Source of the DNA: Ruthenibacterium sp.
GTDB lineage: Bacteria > Bacillota > Clostridia > Oscillospirales > Ruminococcaceae
Direction: 5' to 3'
DNA: 64,000 nucleotides
Assembly: GCA_036642215.1 (NCBI GenBank)
Contig: JAVXUG010000001.1
Coordinates: 11,896 to 75,895 of the forward strand
The notes below the pieces were generated by a model. That model was not told the DNA's origin and made no database searches. It saw only the letters and a list, made by a program, of their open reading frames with translations. Position 1 is the stretch's first letter. Each line of letters starts with the position of its first letter. This document shows, piece by piece, positions 19,711 through 29,051 of the stretch. Both the position numbers and the translations under genes were made by a program.

Positions 19711-20640
19711 TCAATACAGATAGCGCTGAACATAATCGTCCGCATTCCCCTCCAGCGCCTCGTCTGTGCCTGCGGCGGCAAACGTCAGATCAATCGGCTG
19801 CCATTTGTGGTTTGGCACGTTGATATTCACCGTGACCCAGCCTCTGTCCTGCAAATAAACCATATTCCACGCATGGTAAACAGAGCCATCCTTCACATAT
19901 CCCATGATAACCTTTGTCGGAATCCCTTGACTGCGCAGCATTGCGGCGACAAGCGCCGCATAATCAAAGCAAATGCCCATTTTACTTTGCAGCGTCTCAT
20001 CGGGGTTTGGCAGGTAGTCGTTCAACTCGCCGTCTGCCACCTTTTTTGCCTTGTCATAGTCATAAGTAATTGTATTTTTGACATATTCATAGACCGCATT
20101 CATAAACGCACTCTCGCTGTCGGCGCTCTGCGCCAATTCCCGCGCGCGTGCAACGCAGGTGGAGTCCTCCTTATAATTTACCATTTGGCTCGCGCGCAAA
20201 AAAGGTTCAAATTCACTGCTTAATACAACCTCCGCCTGCTGCGCGTACAGCTCTAGATAACGGTTTTCCTCCGTGTTTATCATCACGCGCAGACGATAGG
20301 TGCCGTCGCCTAATTGCAGTGGAAAAACCGTCGGCGTGCCGTCGCCCGGCAAATCGTAATTGTAGGCGGTTTCACCGAATGCAACCTGAAACTTCAATCT
20401 TTTGTCAGCGACGGCGCTCACCGCAACATATCCCTTGTCAACAGCGGAAAGATCCAACAGCACCCCGTTTTCACCAACGGCGCTGTCGGCGTGAAAGGCG
20501 GCATCGCTGTAGCCTGTAGGCACATAGCTGCCCGCCTGCGCTTTTAGCTGCTTTTTCGCGCTGTCAGACGTGCAGGCGCACAGCAACAAGCCAATACACA
20601 GCAGCGCAATGATTCTTCTGTTGTAACGACTCACTGGCAT
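19711..20640 (-). CDS. Transglutaminase-like lipoprotein
   Basis: Lipobox LLLCAC; catalytic triad in GICFDYA (Cys), YHAWN (His) and PIDLT (Asp). Confidence 0.88.
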   Translation of the reverse strand: MPVSRYNRRIIALLCIGLLLCACTSDSAKKQLKAQAGSYVPTGYSDAAFHADSAVGENGVLLDLSAVDKGYVAVSAVADKRLKFQVAFGETAYNYDLPGDGTPTVFPLQLGDGTYRLRVMINTEENRYLELYAQQAEVVLSSEFEPFLRASQMVNYKEDSTCVARARELAQSADSESAFMNAVYEYVKNTITYDYDKAKKVADGELNDYLPNPDETLQSKMGICFDYAALVAAMLRSQGIPTKVIMGYVKDGSVYHAWNMVYLQDRGWVTVNINVPNHKWQPIDLTFAAAGTDEALEGNADDYVQRYLY

Positions 20641-20732
20641 AGCGGCGGCAACATCCTTTCCAACTGCGTTGCCCCCATAAAGCTGCGTTTGGCTTTTGCG
20701 GCAAATAACAACACAATAGTAATCTTTATACC

Positions 20733-20761
20733 ATTATATTTCAAAAGCGACGGTAATTCAA
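20733..20761 (-). promoter_or_regulatory. SigA-type promoter of the transglutaminase-pilC-pilT operon
   Basis: TTGAAT-17-TATAAT on the minus strand. Confidence 0.65.
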
Positions 20762-20887
20762 GGTAAAAGAATAAGCACAGCCCTTGCCGCGCGCAAAAGC
20801 CGTGCTTATCAGCGCGAAGCGACACGCAATTTGGTGATGCTTCGCGTTAAAATTAAAATTTACAAAACAATTGTGCGATCAACCGTG

Positions 20888-21433
20888 TCATGATCGGCGC
20901 AACTGCACTAGGCCTGATTTTTGAAGTGCCAACACAATGGCGGGCAAAAACAGAAGCTGGACAAGAATGCCCGGCAGACCCGTGACAAACGCTGCGGTCA
21001 GCCACAGTTGCATCGAATAGGCACCTGCGCGAAAAATAGCCGCGTTCAACACACCGTAGGTAAAACGTCCCGCCAGCATAGCGCCGATCAGCGCAAGATA
21101 TAAATCTGCCGTTGTGTGTCCGGTGTGCACATAATACAGCAGCAAACCGCTGACAAGACCATACACAGCCAGTTCACACAGCATACCGGGAAGAAATGCG
21201 GCTGGCGGCATTCCCGTGATCAGGCTGGAGAGAAGCGGCGCTAAAACTCCGCAGGCAAGGCCATATTGCCAGCCGCATACAAGGCCGCACAGCAGCACAG
21301 GAATATGCATGGGCAAAAAGATGCCGCCCGCGTTGGGCACAGCGTGAAACGCCATGGGCAATATCATGCCAAGCGCCACGCAAAGCGCTGCAAGGACAAG
21401 CTTTTTGGTGCGATTCGTGGAAAGTGTGTTCAT
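20888..21433 (-). CDS. ECF transporter S component (substrate unknown)
   Basis: Hydrophobic protein of about 180 aa with LPMHIPVLLCG and PLLSSLITGMP. Confidence 0.85.
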   Translation of the reverse strand: MNTLSTNRTKKLVLAALCVALGMILPMAFHAVPNAGGIFLPMHIPVLLCGLVCGWQYGLACGVLAPLLSSLITGMPPAAFLPGMLCELAVYGLVSGLLLYYVHTGHTTADLYLALIGAMLAGRFTYGVLNAAIFRAGAYSMQLWLTAAFVTGLPGILVQLLFLPAIVLALQKSGLVQLRRS

Positions 21434-21710
21434 GGTTGGATTCCTTCTCTGTTCTTTCATTTTTATGTCGAATTGCAACCTGTCCCGCGTCTGCGCGGAG
21501 AGCCGCGTTCAAAAAAGCGCAAAAAAACAGCCGCAACGACTTTTGCCCCGTATGTTCTGTACAGGACGGCAGCCTTCGTGGCCATTCATTTCATAAATTG
21601 CTGAAATTGCAAAAGGAGAAACCTCATTGTAAACACCCGCGCCGGGTGGATGCAAAGCGTCGTGCTTCGCCGCAAAGCGCATCTTCGTGACGTGCTTTTA
21701 TTTCAATAAA

Positions 21711-21739
21711 AGTATATCCTGACGTGCGTATGCTGTCAA
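21711..21739 (-). promoter_or_regulatory. SigA-type promoter about 270 nt upstream of the ECF S gene
   Basis: TTGACA-17-TATACT on the minus strand. Confidence 0.75.
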
Positions 21740-21784
21740 GTACCCGCCGTTATTTGTCGCCGCCTCTTGCGACTTTTCTTTTGT

Positions 21785-22369
21785 TTACCTGCGCCGCAGC
21801 TTGACAAAAAACAACGCGTCATCATCTATAAGCAGCTCCGGCGTGAAATCCGCCGAAAACTCTGCCGCCTCCTCCTGCGCACAGCGCAGCGGAACCGACA
21901 AAACAAACGGAATCCCCTCACTGTGATGCGCGTTTATTTTGTGTCTGCTCACGCTGTGCGCAATGACAAGCATCCCGCCCGCGCGAATGCTGTGCGCCAT
22001 CTTGTCTGCCAGTGCTTTTTTGTCCAAAAAATGAGGATATGTGTTATACATCATCACGGCATCCAAATGTTCAAGCGGTGCCTCCAGCACATCGCAGTTG
22101 CAGTATGTGATGCCGTTTTCCCCGTAGGTTTTTTTTGCATACGCCAGCATTTGCGATGACAAATCCACCGCCGTCAAGCTGCGTGGCTGCGCCTTTAGCA
22201 AATACGGAAACATTACCCCGCGACCGCAGCCCACATCGGCAAGCGCCGCGCCGTGCGGAAAATCCGCCAGCTGCACGATGCGCTGCTGTGCGGCGCGGTC
22301 ATTCTCGTTATCAAACCATTTTGGCGCAAGGCCATCAAAAAACGCTTGCATCTGTTCGTTGTTTTCCAT
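21785..22369 (-). CDS. Class I SAM-dependent methyltransferase
   Basis: Motif I LADVGCGRG, motif II VDLSSQML. Confidence 0.9.
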   Translation of the reverse strand: MENNEQMQAFFDGLAPKWFDNENDRAAQQRIVQLADFPHGAALADVGCGRGVMFPYLLKAQPRSLTAVDLSSQMLAYAKKTYGENGITYCNCDVLEAPLEHLDAVMMYNTYPHFLDKKALADKMAHSIRAGGMLVIAHSVSRHKINAHHSEGIPFVLSVPLRCAQEEAAEFSADFTPELLIDDDALFFVKLRRR

Positions 22370-22456
22370 GCTTTTCTCCTGTCCGGTATCCTTTGTGTTT
22401 TCAGTATACCAGACTGTGTTTAAAAAGAAAAGTCGCAGCCCAAAAAACGAAACACA

Positions 22457-22810
22457 TCAAAAGGAGGAAAGCCCGACGCTGATGCCAAGCGCCGCGTTAA
22501 CCTGCTGCTGTACCTCGGAGGGAATCTGCCCCGCGCGCTCACGCAGCCGGTGCTTGTCCAGCGTGCGGATCTGTTCCAGCAATACAACGCTGTCGCGTGT
22601 CAGCCCCGCCTGTCCCGCCTTTAGGCCAATGTGCGTGGGCAGACCCGTTCTGTCCTGCTTGCTGGTGATGGCTGCCGCGATAACGGTTGGACTGTGCCGG
22701 TTTCCCACATCGTTCTGCACGATAAGTACCGGCCGCACACCGCCTTGCTCGGAACCGATGACGGGGCTTAGGTCAGCATAAAAAACTTCTCCGCGTTTGA
22801 TTTCAATCAT
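22457..22810 (-). CDS. mazF: MazF/PemK-family (NdoA/EndoA-like) endoribonuclease toxin
   Basis: RGEVFYADLSPVIGSEQGGVRPVLIVQNDVGN and LLEQIRTLDKHRL; RBS GGGAGG. Confidence 0.95.
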   Translation of the reverse strand: MIEIKRGEVFYADLSPVIGSEQGGVRPVLIVQNDVGNRHSPTVIAAAITSKQDRTGLPTHIGLKAGQAGLTRDSVVLLEQIRTLDKHRLRERAGQIPSEVQQQVNAALGISVGLSSF

Positions 22811-22963
22811 AAAAGTAAAACCTCCCATACCGCTATTGTTGCGAGATACAGAAGGTTTTAAACATATGCGATTAACTTTTTTTAAATTTTTGTCGCTGCA
22901 ATGCGCAGGTGCAGGTGCACAGCCGCCCTTTTTGCCGCGGCGCGGCGGCACCCGCACCGCATA

Positions 22964-23623
22964 TTACATCACGTTTTGCCCATTCACTACAAGACGAAAC
23001 GCCAGATTCAGCTTTTCTGCCGCCTTGCGGCACAGCAGCATACGGTCAAGAAAGATCTCAAAATAATCCATCACCGGTGATATCTTTGTGTCGATGGTAA
23101 GATTTAACACAATGGCCTTGTGATCCTCCGTCAAGGTAGTGCTGGCCTTTTCCACCGCATAGTTCACACGGTCATGGATATCAAAGGTCGCCTTGTCGCG
23201 ATTTCGCACACGCGTGCGGCGCACGTCCGTTTTATCAGCCAAAATCAGCGCGGCAGCCACAGGGTTGACCGGATAGGCCGTGCTCTCATCATGGTTGCCG
23301 ATCGCGCTGCACACCGTGGCAATTTCCGCCGCATCCATCCCCAGCTTGTCAAGGATACGAAACGCCATGACTGCGCCGCTCTGCGCATGGTCAATGCGAT
23401 TGATGACATTGCCGATGTCGTGCATATAGCCGGCAATCCATGCCAGCTCGCACATGCGCTTGTCATAGCCGAGGTCGCTCAGCACCTTTTCCGCAAAATG
23501 CGCCACGCGCGTAACGTGGGCATAGCTGTGCTCGGTGTAGCCCATTGCAACAAGCGTCTCGTCCGCTTTTTGAATATAGGTTTTAATTTGCTCATTGGCT
23601 TTTACGTCTTGGGATGTTATCAT
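22964..23623 (-). CDS. HD-domain phosphohydrolase
   Basis: GYTEHSYAH, YMHDIGN, HAQSGA, GNHDE and LADKTD. Confidence 0.9.
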   Translation of the reverse strand: MITSQDVKANEQIKTYIQKADETLVAMGYTEHSYAHVTRVAHFAEKVLSDLGYDKRMCELAWIAGYMHDIGNVINRIDHAQSGAVMAFRILDKLGMDAAEIATVCSAIGNHDESTAYPVNPVAAALILADKTDVRRTRVRNRDKATFDIHDRVNYAVEKASTTLTEDHKAIVLNLTIDTKISPVMDYFEIFLDRMLLCRKAAEKLNLAFRLVVNGQNVM

Positions 23624-23685
23624 ACTTGCTTGCTCCACTATTCTTTTTCGTTTTAATTTTTTCTCTTGCGTCTGCCTTCACGCTG

Positions 23686-24087
23686 TTACACCTGTGACAG
23701 CCGCTCCGCCGTATCTGCTATCTCCAGCACGACAAACGCCGTGGCGACACCGCCCTCGTGCGTCAGTGACAGATGCGTGCGCAAACGTTTTTCCGCGATC
23801 AGCACCGCCGCCTTACCGGAAAAAGCAAGATATGGCGCACCGCTTTCGCCGCGCAGCGCCTGCACCTCCGACAAATCAAACAGTCCGCTGAAAATGCCCG
23901 CGCCCAGCGCCTTGCCAAACGCTTCCTTGGCGGCAAAATTCGCGGCCATTGTGTCAGCATTGTTGTGGTGCCTCGCAAACAGCACCCGCTCCTGTGCGCC
24001 AAACACTTTTTCAAGAAAGGAGGCACGCTGCACGCTCTTTGCAACGCGCGCGGTCGTGGCTGTATCCACACCGATTCCATAGATCAT
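23686..24087 (-). CDS. acpS: Holo-[acyl-carrier-protein] synthase
   Basis: GIGVD, FAAKEAFGKALG and LSLTHE. Confidence 0.93.
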   Translation of the reverse strand: MIYGIGVDTATTARVAKSVQRASFLEKVFGAQERVLFARHHNNADTMAANFAAKEAFGKALGAGIFSGLFDLSEVQALRGESGAPYLAFSGKAAVLIAEKRLRTHLSLTHEGGVATAFVVLEIADTAERLSQV

Positions 24088-24199
24088 ACCGCGCACCTCC
24101 TTTTTTGCTTCATCGTTTACAGTATACTATGAAAATACGCAAAAATCCAGTAAAATGCTTGCAAAGTCTATGCAAAGTATAGTATACTGTTTGCATTAA

Positions 24200-24487
24200 C
24201 ATGTTGACTGAGAGAGTAAGTGCACTGTAATGTCCCCGAAAGAGAAAGATGCCACGGCTGAGAGCATCTTGCGGACTTTGCGCACCGAAGTTCACTCACG
24301 AGTGGCCCTGCGGAAAGCATTGTGCCGGTAGGCAGGGACGGCGTGCCGCCGTTAGCGGGCAAAAGAGTGTTTGCTCTTGTACATGGCGTACTGCGGCAAA
24401 AATACGGGTGGTACCGCGGAGCTTTCAGGAATTTTTCCGGCTTCGTCCCTGATTTTCAAACATCGGGGACGAGTCGGTTTTTTTTGT
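24200..24487 (+). promoter_or_regulatory. T-box riboswitch leader of pheST (Phe specifier)
   Basis: AGAGA and GGCTGAGA boxes, specifier gaagTTCa (UUC = Phe, 24291-24293), T-box GGGTGGTACCGCGG and terminator ttcgtccctgat...atcggggacgag plus T8. Confidence 0.92.
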
Positions 24488-24521
24488 CCCCAAACCATCA
24501 CAGAAAAGGAGTTACAGGTAA

Positions 24522-25541
24522 ATGAAGGAAGCATTGCAGAGCATTCAAAAAGCGGCGGATGAACTGATTGGCAAGGCATCGGACCTTGCGTCAGTGGACG
24601 AGCTGCGCGTGCGTTTTCTGGGTAAAAAAGGCGAATTGACCGCCATTTTAAAACAGATGGGCGCGCTGTCGGCAGAGGAGCGCCCCGTGATAGGCGCACT
24701 GGCAAACGATGTGCGCGAGAGCATCGCCGCCGATATCGCAAAGCGCACGGCACAGTTAAATAATGCCGTGCTGACCGCGCGCCTTGCCACAGAGGCCATC
24801 GACGTGACCCTGCCCGGCAAAAGACCGCTGCAGGGCAAGCGCCATCCGTTTGAACAGGTTTTAGAGGAATTAAAAGAAATTTTCCTCGGCATGGGCTTTG
24901 ACATTGTGTCCGGCCCCGAGGTAGAGCTTGATCATTACAATTTCGAGATGCTGAATATGCCCAAAAGCCATCCCGCGCGCGATACGCAGGACACCTTTTA
25001 CATTACGGAAAATGTTTTGCTGCGCACGCAGACAAGCCCGATGCAAATTCGCACCATGGAAAAGCAAAAGCCGCCCATCCGCATCATTTGCCCCGGGCGC
25101 GTATACCGCAGCGATGCTGTGGACGCGACGCACAGCCCCATTTTTCATCAGATAGAGGGGCTTGTCGTCGATGAGGGCATCACCTTCAGCGATTTAAAGG
25201 GCACGCTTGAAATTTTCATCAAAAAGCTGTACGGCGACGATACGCGCGTGCGTTTCCGCCCGCACCACTTTCCCTATACCGAGCCGAGCGCAGAGATGGA
25301 CATGAGCTGCTTTAAATGCGGCGGCAAGGGCTGTGCACTGTGCAAGGGCGAGGGATGGATTGAGATTCTCGGCTGCGGCATGGTGCATCCGCAGGTGCTT
25401 GAAAACTGCGGCATCGACCCCGAACGATACAGCGGCTTTGCGTTTGGCATCGGCCTTGAGCGCATTGCCATGAAGCGTTATGGCGTGGACGATATGCGCC
25501 TGTTCTATGAAAATGATTTGCGCTTTTTAAAACAGTTTTAA
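24522..25541 (+). CDS. pheS: Phenylalanine--tRNA ligase alpha subunit
   Basis: [29 protein letters not shown] and [12 protein letters not shown]. Confidence 0.99.
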   Translation: MKEALQSIQKAADELIGKASDLASVDELRVRFLGKKGELTAILKQMGALSAEERPVIGALANDVRESIAADIAKRTAQLNNAVLTARLATEAIDVTLPGKRPLQGKRHPFEQVLEELKEIFLGMGFDIVSGPEVELDHYNFEMLNMPKSHPARDTQDTFYITENVLLRTQTSPMQIRTMEKQKPPIRIICPGRVYRSDAVDATHSPIFHQIEGLVVDEGITFSDLKGTLEIFIKKLYGDDTRVRFRPHHFPYTEPSAEMDMSCFKCGGKGCALCKGEGWIEILGCGMVHPQVLENCGIDPERYSGFAFGIGLERIAMKRYGVDDMRLFYENDLRFLKQF

Positions 25542-25561
25542 ATCGAAAGGAGTACTAAATT

Positions 25562-27940
25562 ATGATCATGCCTTTGAAATGGGCGAAGGAATTCGCCAAA
25601 TTCGAGTGTACTCCCCACGAGTACGCCGAGCGTATGACGATGAGCGGCAGCAAGGTGGAGACTTTCTCCTGCGAGGCCGACGCGATTCAAAATGTTGTTG
25701 TGGGCAAAATTCTGTCCATTGTACCGCATCCGGATTCCGACCATATGGTTATCTGCCAAGTGGAGGTCGGACAAAGCGCACCCGTGCAAATTGTGACGGG
25801 TGCCGCAAACCTGAAGGTGGGCGATCTTGTGCCCGCCGCGCTGCATGTGGCAAAGCTGCCGGGCGGCGTGGAAATTCGCAAGGGCAAGCTGCGCGGTGTT
25901 GAGTCCTGCGGTATGCTGTGCAGTCTTACCGAGCTTTGCTTAACCACACACGATTTTCCGAATGCAATCGAAAACGGCATTCTTGTTCTGGACGAAGTGT
26001 GGCCTGCCGGCACGGATATCACCGTGGCACTTGGCATGGACGATGTGAGCGTGGATTTTGAAATCACGCCGAACCGTCCGGACTGTCTCGCGGTGCGCGG
26101 GCTTGCGCGCGAGAGCGCCGCGACATTCGGCGTACCGTTTGAGGATCATGCTCCGGAAGTAAAGCCCGGTCACGGCAGCGTGTCGGATCTGCTGCGCGTC
26201 GACATTGAAAATTCCGATTTGTGCTATCGCTATTGCGGTGCCGTGGTGGAAAATGTGCGCGTCAAGCCCTCGCCCCGCTGGCTGCGCGAACGTCTGCGGC
26301 TTTGCGGCGTGCGCCCCATCAACAACCTTGTTGACATCACAAACTATGTGATGCTGGAATATGGTCAGCCGATGCACTGCTTTGACTATCAATATGTAAA
26401 CGGCGGTCACATTGTCGTGCGAAACGCAACGCAGGGCGAAAGCATTGTTACTTTGGACGATGCAACACGTGCGCTCAGCGAGGAAATGCTTGTCATCAGC
26501 GACGACAAAGGGCCGATTGCTGTCGCGGGCGTGATGGGCGGCGAATACAGCGGTGTCTACAAGGACACAACAACCATTGTGTTCGAGAGCGCCATGTTCA
26601 ACGGTCCGTCCGTGCGCACCACCGCCAAAAAGCTGGGCTTGCGCACCGAGGCATCCGGCCGCTACGAAAAAGGTCTTGACCCGAACGGCTGCGCCCGTTC
26701 GCTTGCACGCGCGTTAGAGCTTGTGCAGCTTCTGGATGCGGGCGATGTTGTAAACGGCATTGTGGATGTGTGGCCGGTGAAGCGCGAAACGCGCAAAATT
26801 CCGCTGCGGCCGGACGTTGTTAACCGTTTACTGGGCACCGCGCTTTCGCGCGATGAGATGGTTGCCATTTTGCTGCCGCTGGGCTTTGTCATGGACGGCG
26901 AGGACATCATTGTGCCGTCCGAGCGCTGGGACATGGAGCGCGACTGCGACGTAGCCGAGGAGGTTGCGCGCTTTGTCGGCTACAACAAAATGCCCTCCAC
27001 CGTCATGCACGGCATTGCCAGCGCAAGGCTGACCCCGCGTCAGATTTTCATGCGCGGCGTTGTCAATTCCCTCGTCGGCTACGGCCTGTACGAGATTGAG
27101 ACGTTCAGCTTTTACAGCCGTAAATCGTTTGACGCAATCAATCTGCCGGAGGGCGACGCGCTGCGTCATGCCGTTGTTATTTCAAACCCGCTCGGCGAGG
27201 ACACAAGCATTCTGCGCACCACGGCGCTGCCCAGCATCATGGATGTAATTGCGCGCAATTTTAACGCGCGCGCCGCTGAATGTGCGCTGTTTGAGGGCGC
27301 AGCCGTCTACCTGCCGCACGAGAGCGCGGACGAGCTGCCCGATGAAATTGAGACGTTTACACTGGCGGCCTACGGCACGCATTGGGACTATCTTTCCATG
27401 AAGGGAACCGTGGAAAAGCTGTGCGAAAGCTGCGGCGTAAAAAGCCTTTCTTTCAAGCGCAACACTGCCGGAACCGCCTATCATCCGGGTCGCTGCGCCG
27501 ACATCTACATCGACGGCGAAAAGCTGGGCGTTGTTGGCGAGGTACACCCTGCTGTTCTGACAAATTACGGCGTAAAGCCGCGCGTTGTTGCGGCGGAGCT
27601 GAACATGGAGGTTTTGTTTGCACACCGCGGCAGCACCGGCGTGTTCACGCCGCTGCCCAAGCATCCGGCCATCACGCGCGATCTTGCCCTTGTGGCGGAT
27701 TTAGAAGTGGCCGCCGCTGACATTGCGCTGCGCATTGAGGCCGCCGCAGGCAAAAGCCTTGAAAGCCTTGTGCTGTTTGACATCTACACAGGCGATAAAA
27801 TCGGTGCGGATAAAAAGAGCCTTGCCTATAGCCTTGTGCTGCGCGCCGCCGACCGCACGCTGACGGACGAGGAAGCGGAAAGCAGCGTGAAAAAGATTTT
27901 AAACAGCCTTGGAGAAATCGGCGTTGTGCTGCGCAGCTAA
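25562..27940 (+). CDS. pheT: Phenylalanine--tRNA ligase beta subunit
   Basis: RGVESCGMLCS, EITPNRPD, RPINNLVDITNYVMLEYGQPMH and C-terminal FDX-ACB domain. Confidence 0.99.
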   Translation: MIMPLKWAKEFAKFECTPHEYAERMTMSGSKVETFSCEADAIQNVVVGKILSIVPHPDSDHMVICQVEVGQSAPVQIVTGAANLKVGDLVPAALHVAKLPGGVEIRKGKLRGVESCGMLCSLTELCLTTHDFPNAIENGILVLDEVWPAGTDITVALGMDDVSVDFEITPNRPDCLAVRGLARESAATFGVPFEDHAPEVKPGHGSVSDLLRVDIENSDLCYRYCGAVVENVRVKPSPRWLRERLRLCGVRPINNLVDITNYVMLEYGQPMHCFDYQYVNGGHIVVRNATQGESIVTLDDATRALSEEMLVISDDKGPIAVAGVMGGEYSGVYKDTTTIVFESAMFNGPSVRTTAKKLGLRTEASGRYEKGLDPNGCARSLARALELVQLLDAGDVVNGIVDVWPVKRETRKIPLRPDVVNRLLGTALSRDEMVAILLPLGFVMDGEDIIVPSERWDMERDCDVAEEVARFVGYNKMPSTVMHGIASARLTPRQIFMRGVVNSLVGYGLYEIETFSFYSRKSFDAINLPEGDALRHAVVISNPLGEDTSILRTTALPSIMDVIARNFNARAAECALFEGAAVYLPHESADELPDEIETFTLAAYGTHWDYLSMKGTVEKLCESCGVKSLSFKRNTAGTAYHPGRCADIYIDGEKLGVVGEVHPAVLTNYGVKPRVVAAELNMEVLFAHRGSTGVFTPLPKHPAITRDLALVADLEVAAADIALRIEAAAGKSLESLVLFDIYTGDKIGADKKSLAYSLVLRAADRTLTDEEAESSVKKILNSLGEIGVVLRS

Positions 27941-28070
27941 AGCTATTTATCTCTCTGCTTCGCACTTTAACGCAGGCACGACAAAATATGTGAAATTTTC
28001 ATCTTGCAAGCACATCAGTTTTGCGGTACAATAGAAATAGGAATTTTTTATGATTCGGGAGGGAATGCAT

Positions 28071-28316
28071 ATGAGCGAACCAACGACCGTATTTTCGCTG
28101 TACGATGACCGCAACAAAGAAATACATGCTATACTGACGGACGTGTATCGTGCGCTGAAAGAAAAAGGCTACAATCCTATCAATCAGATTGTGGGCTACA
28201 TCCTTTCCGAGGACCCAACGTACATCACCACCTATCAGGGTGCGCGCGCCAACATCCGCAAAATTGACCGCGACGACCTGCTGCAGGCGCTTTTAAAAAA
28301 TTATCTGTCTGAGTGA
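28071..28316 (+). CDS. ireB: IreB-family (UPF0297) regulatory phosphoprotein
   Basis: LKEKGYNPINQIVGYILSEDPTYIT...AR..I.KIDRD. Confidence 0.92.
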   Translation: MSEPTTVFSLYDDRNKEIHAILTDVYRALKEKGYNPINQIVGYILSEDPTYITTYQGARANIRKIDRDDLLQALLKNYLSE

Positions 28317-28351
28317 TGCAGCGCGAATAACGAAAAGGAGACCCTACACCC

Positions 28352-28645
28352 ATGGCTTTTACACCCAAACTAATGTATAAAGGCCGTCCTTTGGTGCGAA
28401 GTAAAAATGATATTTACTATGGCAACCTAGGCGACCCGTATGTGATTTTTATGCAGGTGCTCACCACCAAAACCGAAAGCGGCGTACAGCAGGCTGACCG
28501 CATTCACGTAACCCTGCTGTCCACAGACACCACCAAGTCCCCCATTGAACGCATGGTGAAGCAGAGCGATAAAAACGGCCTGTGGAACGCGCTGGATATC
28601 GGAGTGATCTGGCTTGAGCGCGCGCTGATGGACGATACGAAGTAA
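28352..28645 (+). CDS. Hypothetical protein (97 aa)
   Basis: RBS AAGGAG; 35 nt after ireB and followed by a terminator. Confidence 0.75.
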   Translation: MAFTPKLMYKGRPLVRSKNDIYYGNLGDPYVIFMQVLTTKTESGVQQADRIHVTLLSTDTTKSPIERMVKQSDKNGLWNALDIGVIWLERALMDDTK

Positions 28646-28671
28646 TTGCAAGCTTTCCTGTAACAAGCTCA

Positions 28672-28718
28672 AAAGCCGCCCACAGTTCGATGAAAAGACT
28701 GCGGGCGGTTTGTTTTTT
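28672..28718 (+). terminator. Rho-independent terminator
   Basis: aaagccgcccacagt...actgcgggcggtttgtttttt. Confidence 0.7.
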
Positions 28719-29051
28719 GCACGGCGCGGCAATGCTTCACCGCAATTGTTGCATTGTTGCACCGCATAATCCGTCCGCACAGAAGGAATGCTTTTTTCAC
28801 AACGCAAGCGACCGATCCCATCCTGGGGTTTTCTTTCTTTTCTCTCTTTTGCATGATAGCCAATCGCATTGATTTATGCTATAATAGCCGAGCGGCTAGG
28901 ATGCTTTATTTGATGTGCGAGCTACAAGGCATATGCAGCGACATCAAAACTGCATGCAATTTAGGCTGCCATAGCCGGACAACCATGCCGCAATGATCAA
29001 AATTTTTACGTCCTGCGCAAAGCGGGCCGCAATCGAAAGGAGCTACCGCAT

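Noticed and set aside
20640-20730. c-di-GMP riboswitch upstream of the pilus-like operon
   Set aside because: Only a short CGCAAAAGCC resemblance; the GGCAAAC/GAAA-tetraloop P1-P2 architecture is absent.
28720-29050. Replication origin or ncRNA upstream of dnaD
   Set aside because: Only one DnaA-box-like match (TTTTTCACA) and no convincing conserved structure; it looks like a promoter region with an extended -10 (TGcTATAAT).
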